From assembly GCA_964462205.1 (NCBI GenBank), contig CAYWWW010000006.1:52717-116716 (forward strand): a DNA stretch of 64,000 bases, in the 5' to 3' direction. The notes beneath the pieces are model-generated. The model searched no databases, was not told the DNA's origin, and was given only the letters and a program-made list of their open reading frames with translations. Shown piece by piece: positions 21,618 through 33,834 of this stretch (within the stretch, counting starts at the first letter, position 1; every line of letters begins with the position of its first letter). The stretch is from an uncultured Cardiobacteriales bacterium. GTDB lineage: Bacteria; Pseudomonadota; Gammaproteobacteria; CAYWWW01. The translations under genes and the position numbers were made by a program.

Positions 21618-22664
21618 ATGGGACTTTCTCTACTTTCCCTTGTCGGCTTACCTTTTTTTGGCAGCATTTTTATGCCTTTCTTTTTGGCGGTTCTCTTACA
21701 AAGTGGCATGAATGAAGCACCCGACTTTGCCACAGAAGCATCTGAAACGGTTGAAACTCGGCCTTTCCTGGCTTTAAGCACAGAAGGCGGCGAAGGCTTA
21801 AGTCTCAGTGCCGATGGTCGTGTCGCAACCGGCGATAATAATGGCAATATCTTATTGTTTAGTCTGGAAGATGGCCAAGCGCTGGCGCAATTTGCGCATC
21901 CCGATGCCGCGTTGGTGAAAAGTTTGAGCTTTCATCCCAATGGCTTGCTGGCGGCGGGTTATGACAATAACGATATTATTTTATGGGAAGCCTCTGGCAA
22001 AATCGTACAAGTATTAAAAGAACATCAAGAGGTTGTGCAAACGGTTGCCTTTAGTGCCGATGGTCAATTTTTAGCTTCAGCCAGCAATGACAGCACCTTG
22101 ACTTTATGGAAATTAACCAAGGCAGAGGCATCGGAAAGCCTGTATGCCGAAAAATTATGGAGCGTGCCCCTGAGCCACGGCGAAAGCACCTGGATTTTAG
22201 CCTTAACTTTTTCACCATATAATCAATTACTTGCTTCCGGTGGCGACAATGGCACCATCAAACTCTGGTCTGTTGCCAGTGGCGAATTGCAATTAACCAT
22301 TGAAGGCCATGACGATTGGCTGCGGAGTTTGGCTTTTGCGGCCGATGGTTACAGCTTGCTTTCTGGCAGCGACGATACGTATGTTAAAGAATGGCTTATC
22401 AGCGATGGAAGTTTAAAAAATGCTTGGCAGGGCCACAGCGACTGGGTGCGCTATGTCACGGTGCTGGATGGTTATGTGGTATCTGGTGCTGACGATGCCA
22501 CGCTGCGCCTTTGGGAAGACGGTCAGGCCGAAGCCACCATCGTGCTGGAAGGTTTTGGATCAGGCGAAAATTATCACTATGAACAACTGATAACGCCCGA
22601 TGCACAATATTTCCTCGGGCTTTCGGAAACGGGCTTAAAGCGTTTTCTTATTGAAAAAGAATAA
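21618..22664 (+). CDS. WD40-repeat protein with an N-terminal hydrophobic segment
   Basis: Repeated LxGHxxxVxxxxFSxDGxxLASGSxDxTIKLW-like units (for example GTIKLWSVASGELQLTIEGHDDWLRSLAFAADG). AAGGAG ribosome-binding site before the ATG at 21618. Confidence 0.75.
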   Translation: MGLSLLSLVGLPFFGSIFMPFFLAVLLQSGMNEAPDFATEASETVETRPFLALSTEGGEGLSLSADGRVATGDNNGNILLFSLEDGQALAQFAHPDAALVKSLSFHPNGLLAAGYDNNDIILWEASGKIVQVLKEHQEVVQTVAFSADGQFLASASNDSTLTLWKLTKAEASESLYAEKLWSVPLSHGESTWILALTFSPYNQLLASGGDNGTIKLWSVASGELQLTIEGHDDWLRSLAFAADGYSLLSGSDDTYVKEWLISDGSLKNAWQGHSDWVRYVTVLDGYVVSGADDATLRLWEDGQAEATIVLEGFGSGENYHYEQLITPDAQYFLGLSETGLKRFLIEKE

Positions 22665-22723
22665 ATTTTTTTAATAATTTTTTCAGGCATTCCTTCCCAA
22701 TCACCCAAACCACGGCTGGACTT

Positions 22724-22983
22724 TCAACCGCCAGCCGTCGCCGCCTCTAAAGCCGCCAAGCGCGCCAAAGCCATGGCGTTATTCTCGCCGCAAAACTCTA
22801 CAGTTACTTGATATTGATGACAAAAATCTGGACGCTCCGGCTTGCCAAACAAACGACAATAATTTTTTTCATCCAGATGCGGACAAGGTAAACCGGCGGG
22901 TTTGCCCAAAGGTGCCAGCGGTAAAGGTGTGTGTATAGAAATCACAATGCAGCAAGCGGCACAGCCAGGACGACAATTCATGA
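22724..22983 (-). CDS. YkgJ/UPF0153-family cysteine-cluster (zinc/iron-chelating) protein
   Basis: MNCRPGCAACC...CPHLDEKNYCRLFGKPERPDFC shows the CxxCxxCC pattern of PF03692. The upstream ORF extension overlaps tRNA-His and is rejected. Confidence 0.55.
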
Positions 22984-23036
22984 TTTTGAAAAAATTTTGA
23001 ATAAATAGGAAAAGATAATATCGGGGAGGAGAAAGC

Positions 23037-23113
23037 TGGGGTGAATGACGGGGCTCGAACCCGCGGCCACAGGAATCACAATCCTGCGCTCTACCAACTG
23101 AGCTACATCCACC
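23037..23113 (-). tRNA. tRNA-His (anticodon GUG)
   Basis: Reverse complement gives G-1 GUGGAUG ... anticodon loop UUGUGAU ... CAUUCAC C CCA, with CCA encoded. Confidence 0.85.
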
Positions 23114-23175
23114 ATAGATAAATTTTTCGCCGCAAGCCACAACAGTAAATACACAATGCTAAACAGTATGCGTAT

Positions 23176-23249
23176 CGTGCCTGGCAGGACTCGAACCTGC
23201 TACCCTCGGCTTAGAAGGCCGATGCTCTATCCAGATGAGCTACAGACAC
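23176..23249 (-). tRNA. tRNA-Arg (anticodon UCU)
   Basis: Reverse complement gives GUGUCUG acceptor stem, anticodon loop CUUCUAA, and T-loop UUCGAGU. Confidence 0.85.
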
Positions 23250-23338
23250 AGGTGAAGTTTTTGAAAAAATGCAGGATAACTAAAGATAACTAAAGGATTT
23301 TGGGTAAGAATATTAGTGAAAACTTGCATGAAAAATGC

Positions 23339-23412
23339 TCGGGGTAGCAGGATTCGAACCTACGGCCTTCAGTACCCAAAACTGACGCGCTACCAAACTG
23401 CGCTATACCCCG
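23339..23412 (-). tRNA. tRNA-Pro (anticodon UGG)
   Basis: Reverse complement gives CGGGGUA acceptor stem, anticodon loop UUUGGGU, and T-loop UUCGAAU. Confidence 0.85.
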
Positions 23413-23556
23413 AAAAATGAAGTGCGGATGATAAAAAGATTTTCTCTGGTCGTCAAGTCTTTTGCCTTCCAACAAAATCCGGCCACCTGGCGTTGAGGAT
23501 TGCGATGCTGATACTTTTTCGGTATTCATCGGCCTTTTCTTCGAGTAAAAACACCG

Positions 23557-24438
23557 ATGATCGCACAACTTCTCGATGGCAAAGCCTTGGCACAACGCCT
23601 ACAAATGCAATTAAAACAATCCCTTCAAGAAAAAATGGCGGCATTGGGATGCCCGCGTCCGCCTGGTTTGGCGGTGATCATCGTCGGTGATGATCCCGCT
23701 TCAGAAGTCTATGTTTCCCATAAGCAAAAAGCCTGCGCCAGCATTGGCATCCGCTCGCAAAAATTTGCTTTACCAAAAAATACTATGCCTGAAGAATTAT
23801 TGGCCTTGATCGCGCAGTTAAATGCCGACCCTGCTATTGACGGCATCTTGGTGCAATTGCCGCTACCTTGCCATTTTTCGACCTGGGAAATCACCCAAGC
23901 GATTGATCCCCAAAAAGACGTGGACGGTTTTCATGCCATAAATCTCGGCAGTTTGGCGCTGCGGCAACCGCAATTGCGCCCCTGTACGCCGAAAGGGGTG
24001 ATGCGCTTATTATCTGAATATGAAATTGATCTCAAAGGTAAAAATGTAACGATCATCGGTGCCTCCAATATCGTTGGCCGACCGATGGCCTTGGAATGCC
24101 TCTTGGCAGGTGCCACCGTCACAGTAGGACATCGCTTTACAAAAAATTTAGAGAAAATCGTTGCATCTGCCGAAGTTTTAATCAGCGCCACCGGCAAACC
24201 AGGTTTAATTGACAGCGACTGGCTTGCTCCTGAGGTGGTCGCCTGTGACATCGGCATCACGCGCTTACCCGATGGCCGCTTGGTAGGCGACTTGGATTTT
24301 GACAGTGCTAAGACCAAGGCAGCTTTTATTACCCCAGTGCCGGGCGGCGTTGGGCCGATGACAGTAGCGATGCTTTTGGACAATACCTGTCAGTGTTATA
24401 GCCAAGGCTATTGCCAAACGCTTGGCTGCGAAAATTGA
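23557..24438 (+). CDS. folD: Bifunctional methylenetetrahydrofolate dehydrogenase/cyclohydrolase
   Basis: MIAQLLDGKALAQ...AVIIVGDDPASEVYVSHKQKAC is the FolD signature. Confidence 0.9.
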   Translation: MIAQLLDGKALAQRLQMQLKQSLQEKMAALGCPRPPGLAVIIVGDDPASEVYVSHKQKACASIGIRSQKFALPKNTMPEELLALIAQLNADPAIDGILVQLPLPCHFSTWEITQAIDPQKDVDGFHAINLGSLALRQPQLRPCTPKGVMRLLSEYEIDLKGKNVTIIGASNIVGRPMALECLLAGATVTVGHRFTKNLEKIVASAEVLISATGKPGLIDSDWLAPEVVACDIGITRLPDGRLVGDLDFDSAKTKAAFITPVPGGVGPMTVAMLLDNTCQCYSQGYCQTLGCEN

Positions 24439-24551
24439 TAAAAAATCGGCGCGAAAATTGCCAAGCCTGGTCAAGGTTGGTCTCAATCCATAAAAAGCTG
24501 TTATAGTGCGCCTCGGCACTTGCCAAGGTTTTATCATCAAGGAGAAGATTT

Positions 24552-24911
24552 ATGCGTTTTATCATGTTGGTTTTGTTTGCTTTTACTCTGCCTGTTCTCG
24601 CCGAAATGCCGGCTATGCCACAAGCACCAACCCCGCCGACCATGCCTGTCGCACCAACGATGCCCAGCGCTCCAGCAATGCCTGATTTTACTAAAGAAAT
24701 GGACGCGGTTAAAAAAGCGGTAGAAGCCGATGCTGCCGCCAACAGTGGCTTGGAAAGTGCTTTAGAAAATGCCGTCGCTGCCGAAGGCGATAAAATCAAA
24801 CAAGAATCTGCTGATTTCACCGCACCCGCCATGCCTGCTGCGCCAACAATGCCCATGGAAATGCCAAGCGCACCAGCAATGCCTGCACCACCAGCCATGC
24901 CGAAGTTTTAA
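24552..24911 (+). CDS. Secreted low-complexity protein with (A/T)P(A/T)MP pentapeptide repeats
   Basis: Signal peptide MRFIMLVLFAFTLPVLA. Repeat blocks MPAMPQAPTPPTMPVAPTMPSAPAMP and APAMPAAPTMPMEMPSAPAMPAPPAMP flank an acidic helical core. Confidence 0.6.
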   Translation: MRFIMLVLFAFTLPVLAEMPAMPQAPTPPTMPVAPTMPSAPAMPDFTKEMDAVKKAVEADAAANSGLESALENAVAAEGDKIKQESADFTAPAMPAAPTMPMEMPSAPAMPAPPAMPKF

Positions 24912-24949
24912 TTTTTCGGTTATTTCATTTACGTTTTGATTTGATTAAA

Positions 24950-24978
24950 GAAAAGCGAGCTGAAGCTCGCTTTTTTTA
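24950..24978. terminator. Rho-independent (bidirectional) terminator
   Basis: GAAAAGCGAGC-UGAA-GCUCGCUUUUUUU hairpin between two convergent genes. Confidence 0.7.
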
Positions 24979-24990
24979 TGACCTGTTATT

Positions 24991-26691
24991 TTAGGGCAGG
25001 GTCGCAGGCGTTTTATCGCTCGGCGACATTACTGGACGCGGTAACCAATTGACAATATTGGAAGCACCGAGAACCGCTGCCGCGCCTTCCAAACTGTTGC
25101 CCGTGCCAGTCACTGACACTGTAGGTACTTTGACAATATTGGGATTGCTTGCCGCCGCTGCCAGAATTTCTTTCAACATCGCCAATTGCAACGCGCTTTC
25201 CTGACCTAAAACCTCTACTTGCGCTTTTTGGCCAGCAGCAATTTCAATCAAGCGCAATTTTTCACCTTCGCCTTGTAGTTGTAGTTGCAGTTTATTTTGC
25301 TCGGCAATTTTGACGTTAAACTCCGCCGCCACCAAACGCGGTTGCTCGACGGCTTCCGCGCGCGCCCGCTCGACTTCGGCACGTTTTAACTGCGCCTGTC
25401 GCTCCTGTTCATAGGTCGCCCCCAGTTGGGTCGCCAACTGTTCGCGCTGACGGGTGACTAATAATTCCGGCGGAATCACCGGATCGCCAAAGCGCACTTC
25501 TTTCAAAGTCACGCCAGCTTTGGCTAATTCGCCGCTTAAGGCCGCTTCTACGGCTTTTTCTAACTCTTGGCGTTTATTGATTAAATCCAGAATCTTGCGA
25601 TCTTCGGCACCAGTGACATTCCGTACCACACTGCGCAGTGCCGGCGTGGCAATGCGTTGTTCCACTTCGGCAATGGAACCTACCAAAGCCACCATTTTTG
25701 CCGCATCTTCCGGCGTCACCTGAATTAAAATCCGCACTTCAATCGGCACCCGCCAACCTTCAATGGTAGCGATCACTGCCCGATCCACAGCTTCTGACGG
25801 CACTAAATCGGTGTAAGGCTTGGAAACTTGACTGATATTACCCTCGCTATCCACGGTTAAATTGATCTGCCGTGACTCAAAACCACCTTTATAGAGCAAG
25901 GCTTGAATGGTCGTTGGCACTATCGTCGGGTTATAGGCAATGGTATTGAGATAATAGCGTCCCGGCATCAAGGGTTCGGATTGGACACCGGCGCAGCCTT
26001 TGGCCACCAAAGGCAAGGCCACGGCACCAACCAAGGGCTTACAATCGTCACGCTCATTAACGTTGGATTTGATCACTGCCACCGTGCCGCGTGGTACATC
26101 TAAGGCATCCACCAGCGTGACATCAAAAAGATATTGATTTAACCGATATTTCCCTGGCGATAAATACGCTAGTTGTGGGCCACGCTGCCCATCTTGCTTA
26201 AGAAATTCAATGGCATTGATCAGGGTATCCAGCGCATTTTGTGCAAATACTCTACTGACAAACTCATTATCTGTTAATGGGTTGCCATCTTTTGCCACCA
26301 AAATCCCCGCTTTGCCTTCGGGGACTTCAATCAGCGGCAACTGTTCAACGCTAAATAAAAGATTAACAAAGGGAATCACATAAAAACCTGGGCCTAAAAT
26401 TTCCGCTTGCGGTCCTTGTTCACCGGGGAGCGCGATCACCCGACCGTCCGGCAGGGGTTTGCCTAAATAAATACGTTTTAAGTGACCAACACGATCTTGA
26501 TCAATCACCACCATACTTAGCATTAAAAAAGTTACTACCGCCAAGCTACTGAATAATAACAAACCAAAAGAACGATAAAAGGTATCAGGTATATCAACTT
26601 GATATTGATCCGAGAGCGTTTTGCGGCCAAAGCCCGTTGCTGTCGCAATCGCCAAAGCGATAAAAACCACCGTTGCCAGTAAAAGTAACAT
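24991..26691 (-). CDS. Flotillin/SPFH (band 7) family membrane protein
   Basis: N-terminal membrane helix and SPFH domain. A Glu/Arg/Ala-rich coiled coil (ERQAQLKRAEVERARAEAVEQ) is typical of YqiK/flotillin. Start chosen at MLLLLATVVF. Confidence 0.75.
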   Translation of the reverse strand: MLLLLATVVFIALAIATATGFGRKTLSDQYQVDIPDTFYRSFGLLLFSSLAVVTFLMLSMVVIDQDRVGHLKRIYLGKPLPDGRVIALPGEQGPQAEILGPGFYVIPFVNLLFSVEQLPLIEVPEGKAGILVAKDGNPLTDNEFVSRVFAQNALDTLINAIEFLKQDGQRGPQLAYLSPGKYRLNQYLFDVTLVDALDVPRGTVAVIKSNVNERDDCKPLVGAVALPLVAKGCAGVQSEPLMPGRYYLNTIAYNPTIVPTTIQALLYKGGFESRQINLTVDSEGNISQVSKPYTDLVPSEAVDRAVIATIEGWRVPIEVRILIQVTPEDAAKMVALVGSIAEVEQRIATPALRSVVRNVTGAEDRKILDLINKRQELEKAVEAALSGELAKAGVTLKEVRFGDPVIPPELLVTRQREQLATQLGATYEQERQAQLKRAEVERARAEAVEQPRLVAAEFNVKIAEQNKLQLQLQGEGEKLRLIEIAAGQKAQVEVLGQESALQLAMLKEILAAAASNPNIVKVPTVSVTGTGNSLEGAAAVLGASNIVNWLPRPVMSPSDKTPATLP

Positions 26692-26757
26692 TCTCACTCC
26701 CTTAAGTTTTGAAAAACGCCCAAAAAAAACGCCAGATAACATCTGGCGTCGGTAATA

Positions 26758-28851
<2,094 letters not shown>

Positions 28852-28999
28852 ATTTTTCCTTTTCTTTCAATAAACAAACTACAGATAAATCAACTACAAA
28901 ACTATCAAGGTGAAGCATTTTGATGGCATAAAACGGCATAATTTTTTTAATTACTATATCTTAACTAAAGCAAAACAAAATCAAAATTTTAATTAAAAA

Positions 29000-29995
29000 T
29001 TAACCTTGATAATAGGCAACAGCCGTCTCTACTTCGTTTTTCGACCCTAAAATCACTGGAATGCGTTGATGCAATTCCGTCGGTTGCACTTCAAGCATGG
29101 ACAATTCGCCGGTGTGACACGCGCCACCGGCTTGTTCGGTGATCAAGGCCATCGGGTTGGCTTCATACATCAAGCGCAGACGGCCAGGTTTGCCGGGGTC
29201 ACGGCTGTCAGCAGGATAACTAAAAATACCGCCACGGTTCAAAATGCGATGCACTTCCGCCACCATCGAGGCCACCCAACGCATATTAAAGTCCTTACCG
29301 CGTTTGCCGGTTTTACCCGCCAAACAATCAGCGATATAGGCTTGCATCGGCGGCTGCCAAAAACGCTGATTGGACATATTGATAGCAAATTCTTTGGTAT
29401 CCATAGGCACTTGGACATGTGGATGCGTTAAAACAAATTCGCCAATGCCACGATCCAAAGTAAAGCCATAAGTGCCACGGCCAAAAGTGATGACCAACAT
29501 CGTCGAAGGACCGTAAAGTGCATAACCGGCAGCAATTTGATTTTTGCCAGGTTGCAGATAATCTTTAAGCGTCGGCGTGCCTTGGCCAGCAAAGGGCAAT
29601 ACGGAAAAAATCGTGCCGACGGAAATATTGACATCAATATTGGAAGAACCATCCAAAGGGTCAAATAAAATCAAAAACTTACCGCTGTCATTGCCAGGCA
29701 ACGGGTCATCCATTTCTTCCGAGGCTAAACCGGCAAAAAGTCCGCTCTCGGTTAATACTTTGACCATGACATCATTGGAGATGACATCGAGTTTTTTCTG
29801 CACTTCGCCTTGGACATTTTCGGATTCATTGCTACCTAAAATGCCGGCCAAATCGCCTTTACCAATGGCATCGGCAATATACTTACACGCCAAAGCAACA
29901 TTGCTAAAAATGTCTGGCAATAATGGTGATAGGGAAGCATCGGCGGCCACCGCTTGCTGCATACATAAAGTTAAGGTTTGTCCTTTTTTCATCAT
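29000..29995 (-). CDS. fbp: Fructose-1,6-bisphosphatase class 1
   Basis: [11 protein letters not shown]...[18 protein letters not shown]... and the [10 protein letters not shown] metal-binding motif. Confidence 0.9.
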   Translation of the reverse strand: MMKKGQTLTLCMQQAVAADASLSPLLPDIFSNVALACKYIADAIGKGDLAGILGSNESENVQGEVQKKLDVISNDVMVKVLTESGLFAGLASEEMDDPLPGNDSGKFLILFDPLDGSSNIDVNISVGTIFSVLPFAGQGTPTLKDYLQPGKNQIAAGYALYGPSTMLVITFGRGTYGFTLDRGIGEFVLTHPHVQVPMDTKEFAINMSNQRFWQPPMQAYIADCLAGKTGKRGKDFNMRWVASMVAEVHRILNRGGIFSYPADSRDPGKPGRLRLMYEANPMALITEQAGGACHTGELSMLEVQPTELHQRIPVILGSKNEVETAVAYYQG

Positions 29996-30082
29996 CCTGA
30001 CCCTAAATTACTAAAAAAAACGCCCAAAAACCTGTCAAACCACGCGATCATGAGTCCATAACGGGCGCTGAGCGCAGGCATC

Positions 30083-30958
30083 TTACTTGGCTTTTGCTGG
30101 AAACGAAATATAGACCGCCTGGCCTTTGCGGATTTGCGGTTGGCTTTTTTGCCAAGCGATAGCGTAGATGATTTCATAGCTCAAAGGCAGCCGACCGTCG
30201 GCCAAGGCCAATTCCCGATAGGCAGCTTCCACCTTCGCCAAGGCAGCTTTAGTCAATAAACCACGGCGAGTTCTCGGGGTATAAATCGCGCCAACCTGCT
30301 GTAAATCTTTCAAAATATCCAAGACAGAGGTATAGGTTAAGCAAATACGTTCGGTATCTACCACCGGTGCCTCAAAACCTTCGGCCAATAACCAATCGCC
30401 AAGATTTTCCAAGGGAATTAACCCAGGCGGCGGCGGACGGACTTCAATGACCGACCAGGCTTGCCGTAACTCCTGCAAAGTCAATGGGCTTAAGGTCGCA
30501 AACAACAGCAAACCTTCCGGCGCTACGACCCGCTGCCATTCGCGCAAGGTCTGGCGCACCTCAAGACTCCACTGCAAGGCCAAATTGGAAAACAACAGCG
30601 ATAGGCTCTGTGAAGGCAGAGGCATAAGGTTCATATCGGCAAGCACCGGCCAGACACGCGGCCGACGCCAAAAAGCCTTTGACCACGGCGGCGGCTTGGC
30701 GATTTTCTTGAGCAGTGGCAAGGAAAAATCCACAGCGACGCCCAAGGCATCGGGATACAGTTGCTGTAGGCTTGGCAAGGCGGCACCAGTGGCGCAACCA
30801 ACATCGGCAAAGCGGCGCACCGGCACCCGAATGCCGGGCAGACGCGACAGCAACTCGTCGCGGCTGTGTTGTTGTACTGCCGCCGCTTGCGCATAAAAAG
30901 GCGCGGCTTTGCTAAAAGCGCGTTGAATCGCTTCAAGTTTCCAGGTTGTTTCTGTCAT
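30083..30958 (-). CDS. bioC: Malonyl-ACP O-methyltransferase
   Basis: SAM methyltransferase motif I VADVGCATG. Located directly downstream of bioH. Confidence 0.65.
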   Translation of the reverse strand: MTETTWKLEAIQRAFSKAAPFYAQAAAVQQHSRDELLSRLPGIRVPVRRFADVGCATGAALPSLQQLYPDALGVAVDFSLPLLKKIAKPPPWSKAFWRRPRVWPVLADMNLMPLPSQSLSLLFSNLALQWSLEVRQTLREWQRVVAPEGLLLFATLSPLTLQELRQAWSVIEVRPPPPGLIPLENLGDWLLAEGFEAPVVDTERICLTYTSVLDILKDLQQVGAIYTPRTRRGLLTKAALAKVEAAYRELALADGRLPLSYEIIYAIAWQKSQPQIRKGQAVYISFPAKAK

Positions 30959-31094
30959 TTCTTTTGTTTCTTTCCTTATCTTTTCAGTGCTTCTCTAAAA
31001 AATTTTGCTTTTCCATAAAAAATCAAAAAAAGCCTTCGGCTGACCCGGTTGCAGTGGTTTTTGTATGACCTTTTCTTTAAGTCCTTAAAAAACT

Positions 31095-31928
31095 TTATGC
31101 AAAGGAAATAGGCTTAGACGACCCACCGAGAACCACTTCCTGTCCCGCCAACCAATTTGTCAAGGCAGAGGCATAGGCCAAGGGGAGACCATGACTGGCG
31201 GCAGGCCAAACACTGATTTCGCGATACCCCGCTGCTGGCGACAAGGACAAAGCGGAAAGCGCGGTTGCAACATTAACCGGCACCAGGTGATCTTGACCCG
31301 CAAACAGCGCCGAAATAGCCTGCGGCAAGCACTGCCACAGCGGACGGGCATCCTGTTCTAGCCAGAAAAAACCCTGTGCTAAAGCCGTCGCTTGCGGCAA
31401 ACCCTCGGCCTGTAACCGCATCTGCCACTGTTTAACCAAGGCGCGGGCATTGGGCTGCTGCCAAAATTGCCAATGCAAGAATTGCTGCCAGGTTTTTTCG
31501 GTATCGTCTAAAAGTTGTTTTTGAAAAAGTTGATAATTTTTCAAAGGCATCCCCGGCCAATTTTCCTGAGCTAAAAAGCAAGGATTGGTTGCCAAAAGTG
31601 TCACCGCTGCAACCTTTTCGGGATAGGCTTGCGCCAAGGCCAAGGCCAGTCGCCCCCCCAAAGACCAACCGATAAGCCAAGAAGGTGCTGCCGGGAGTTG
31701 TTCGGCCAAAAACGGCAACCAGTCTAAGGCGGAAGCCACCGACGGTGCCGCGGCATGACCGGGGAGGGATAAACAGCGGTCGGTACTTCGCATGACTTCT
31801 GTAAAAACAAGGGGATTCATGGTAAAGCCAGGTAAAAATACCCGTTGCATGGTCGGTAAGCCTTCAAAAAATGCCTCAGTATAGGTCATTTCCGCGCTTG
31901 CTTCGACCAAGGTTTTTTTAATAAGCAC
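31095..31928 (-). CDS. bioH: Pimeloyl-ACP methyl ester esterase (alpha/beta hydrolase)
   Basis: Nucleophile elbow GWSLGG. BioH-like length and its position next to bioC. Confidence 0.65.
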   Translation of the reverse strand: MLIKKTLVEASAEMTYTEAFFEGLPTMQRVFLPGFTMNPLVFTEVMRSTDRCLSLPGHAAAPSVASALDWLPFLAEQLPAAPSWLIGWSLGGRLALALAQAYPEKVAAVTLLATNPCFLAQENWPGMPLKNYQLFQKQLLDDTEKTWQQFLHWQFWQQPNARALVKQWQMRLQAEGLPQATALAQGFFWLEQDARPLWQCLPQAISALFAGQDHLVPVNVATALSALSLSPAAGYREISVWPAASHGLPLAYASALTNWLAGQEVVLGGSSKPISFA

Positions 31929-32154
31929 AAATGTAAAGAAAAAATTTCTGGCTAAAATTAACAGTAAAAATTAACCAGTTGATTATAAAAATTTTTTCAA
32001 GAAAGAGGCATAAGATTTTGTGCCACAATAAAAAGCGCTAGACTACCGATAGGCAAGCGTTTTGCGCTATGCTGGCGCGGTTTTTTATCAGTTTTATTCA
32101 CTTTTTATTTGTTTTATCGGTAAAGCAAAAATCAACACATCATAGAGAGAAAAA

Positions 32155-32760
32155 ATGGAATGGTTGACCATTGCTGCCTTATGGTTGGCAGCATATCTTT
32201 TGGGTTCAATTAACAGTTCGATTTTATTAGCAAAAGCCTTTGGTTTACCTGATCCGCGTTTGGTCGGTTCCGGGAATCCAGGTGCCACCAATATCTTGCG
32301 TAGTGGTAAAAAATGGTTGGCTTTATTCACCTTACTTGGCGATTTAAGCAAAGGTTTTATTCCGGTATTTTTAGCGACTTGGTTATTTCAGGAACAATTA
32401 TGGTTAGCCGGAGTCACCGCCGTATTTGCTTTTCTTGGTCATCTTTATCCGCTCTACTTTCGTTTTCAAGGCGGTAAAGGAGTAGCAACCGGTTTGGGTG
32501 TTTTTCTGGGACTTTCACCTTGGTTGGGGTTAAGCACTTTGGCCGTTTGGTTAAGTGTGGCGATGATAACTCGTTATTCGTCTTTGTCGGCTTTAACAAC
32601 GGCTTTGGCTGCGCCTTTATTGACTTATATATTTTTCAAAGACTTATGGTTGACCATTATCGTCATCATGCTTTCTTTATTAAGCATTTTCCGGCATCGC
32701 AGTAATATCGCACGTTTACTCAAAGGCGAAGAGCAAAAAATCGGCGCTAAGAAAGTTTAA
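32155..32760 (+). CDS. plsY: Glycerol-3-phosphate acyltransferase PlsY
   Basis: LGSINSSILLAK...GSGNPGATNILRSGKK is the PlsY signature. Confidence 0.9.
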   Translation: MEWLTIAALWLAAYLLGSINSSILLAKAFGLPDPRLVGSGNPGATNILRSGKKWLALFTLLGDLSKGFIPVFLATWLFQEQLWLAGVTAVFAFLGHLYPLYFRFQGGKGVATGLGVFLGLSPWLGLSTLAVWLSVAMITRYSSLSALTTALAAPLLTYIFFKDLWLTIIVIMLSLLSIFRHRSNIARLLKGEEQKIGAKKV

Positions 32761-32797
32761 GCAACGCTCTCGAAAAATTCTTAGAAAAGGATAAATC

Positions 32798-33820
32798 ATG
32801 ATCAATCACATTTTTACCCTGATAAGTTTGTTTTTCCTAATCACAGGTTATCTAAATTCTCTGGAAAAAACCCTTCATAGCGATAGCACTGACAACAAGA
32901 CCTATATCAGACAAGTTGCAGCAACACCAGGTTTCAAGGTCACCAGTGCCTCAGACGTACGTCTGCGGGCGGCGGCGAGCACCAGCGCTAACGTCTTGGC
33001 AACATTGCCTTTGGGGGAAGTATTGACGGTTATTGGCAGTCAACCTGGGATCATTGCTGGTCAAAAAAACTTTTGGTATCAAGTGCGTCGTGCTAATGGT
33101 CAGAGCGGTTTTATCTTTGGTAGTCTCTTAACCGAATATGATCCAGACAATCCTTTAGACAGTGTTCTTACCATTACCGAAAATCGTCTTGCCAAAACCG
33201 ACCTTATCCTCAATCAAGCATTTGATTTATACCAATTTTTAGAAAAAACTGAACAAGCAGCGCATCCTTTAGATCAAGGCTTGATCGCTGAATTGCGCTT
33301 AAAAAGTTTAAGCCGTTATGCAGAAATTTTATCAGCAGCAAATAATTATGCGCCGACGGAAAACTTGCCAAAAGAAATCAAAGAAAGCATTTATTATCAT
33401 GAACTTGCTGGCGGTTATTTTGTTAAACCGGAAACCTATTGGCAAGCTGCCAAACAATATGCCAATAGCCAAAGTGGCGATAATTTAGCTTTTGCTGCTG
33501 CCACCGCCATTTATCCAGGTGAATGTGAAGGCGAGGCTTTTTGTGTACTTATGCGTTTTGCCAATACCGGTGGTTTATACTTAGAAAATTATCCGCGTGG
33601 TCAGCATGTTGATGCTGTATTGCAGAGCTTAAAAGAAGGTTTGCCAAATGAAGCCGCCATCAAAGAAACCATTACTTATTTCGTCAATAACAATGAATAC
33701 GCCAATTTGACCTTACTTGAAAATGCTATCAAAACCTTAAAACGCCAGGTCGAACGCAGCCGCAGCCTTGAAAAAGCCGATGCATTACAAGAGCTTTTAC
33801 TATTGGAAAAGTCTTTTTAA
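32798..33820 (+). CDS. Hypothetical exported protein with an SH3b-like domain
   Basis: N-terminal hydrophobic anchor. FWYQVRRANGQSGFIFGSLL resembles a bacterial SH3_3 domain. Confidence 0.45.
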   Translation: MINHIFTLISLFFLITGYLNSLEKTLHSDSTDNKTYIRQVAATPGFKVTSASDVRLRAAASTSANVLATLPLGEVLTVIGSQPGIIAGQKNFWYQVRRANGQSGFIFGSLLTEYDPDNPLDSVLTITENRLAKTDLILNQAFDLYQFLEKTEQAAHPLDQGLIAELRLKSLSRYAEILSAANNYAPTENLPKEIKESIYYHELAGGYFVKPETYWQAAKQYANSQSGDNLAFAAATAIYPGECEGEAFCVLMRFANTGGLYLENYPRGQHVDAVLQSLKEGLPNEAAIKETITYFVNNNEYANLTLLENAIKTLKRQVERSRSLEKADALQELLLLEKSF

Positions 33821-33834
33821 TCATTTATAGATAG

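Noticed and set aside
22984-23140. N-terminal 53-aa extension of the YkgJ-like ORF
   Set aside because: The extension runs through the tRNA-His gene. The internal Met (MNCRPGCAACC) gives the expected ~85-aa family size.
23290-23644. ORFs 23290-23595 and 23453-23644 (- strand)
   Set aside because: Both overlap the tRNA-Pro(UGG) gene and the folD promoter region and have no ribosome-binding site or motif. They are artefacts of the six-frame translation.
24329-24898. 189-aa Ala/Gly-rich ORF antisense to the MP-repeat gene
   Set aside because: It is the mirror image of the Ala/Pro/Met codon repeats on the + strand. The + strand ORF has a signal peptide and a terminator, so the antisense ORF is treated as spurious.
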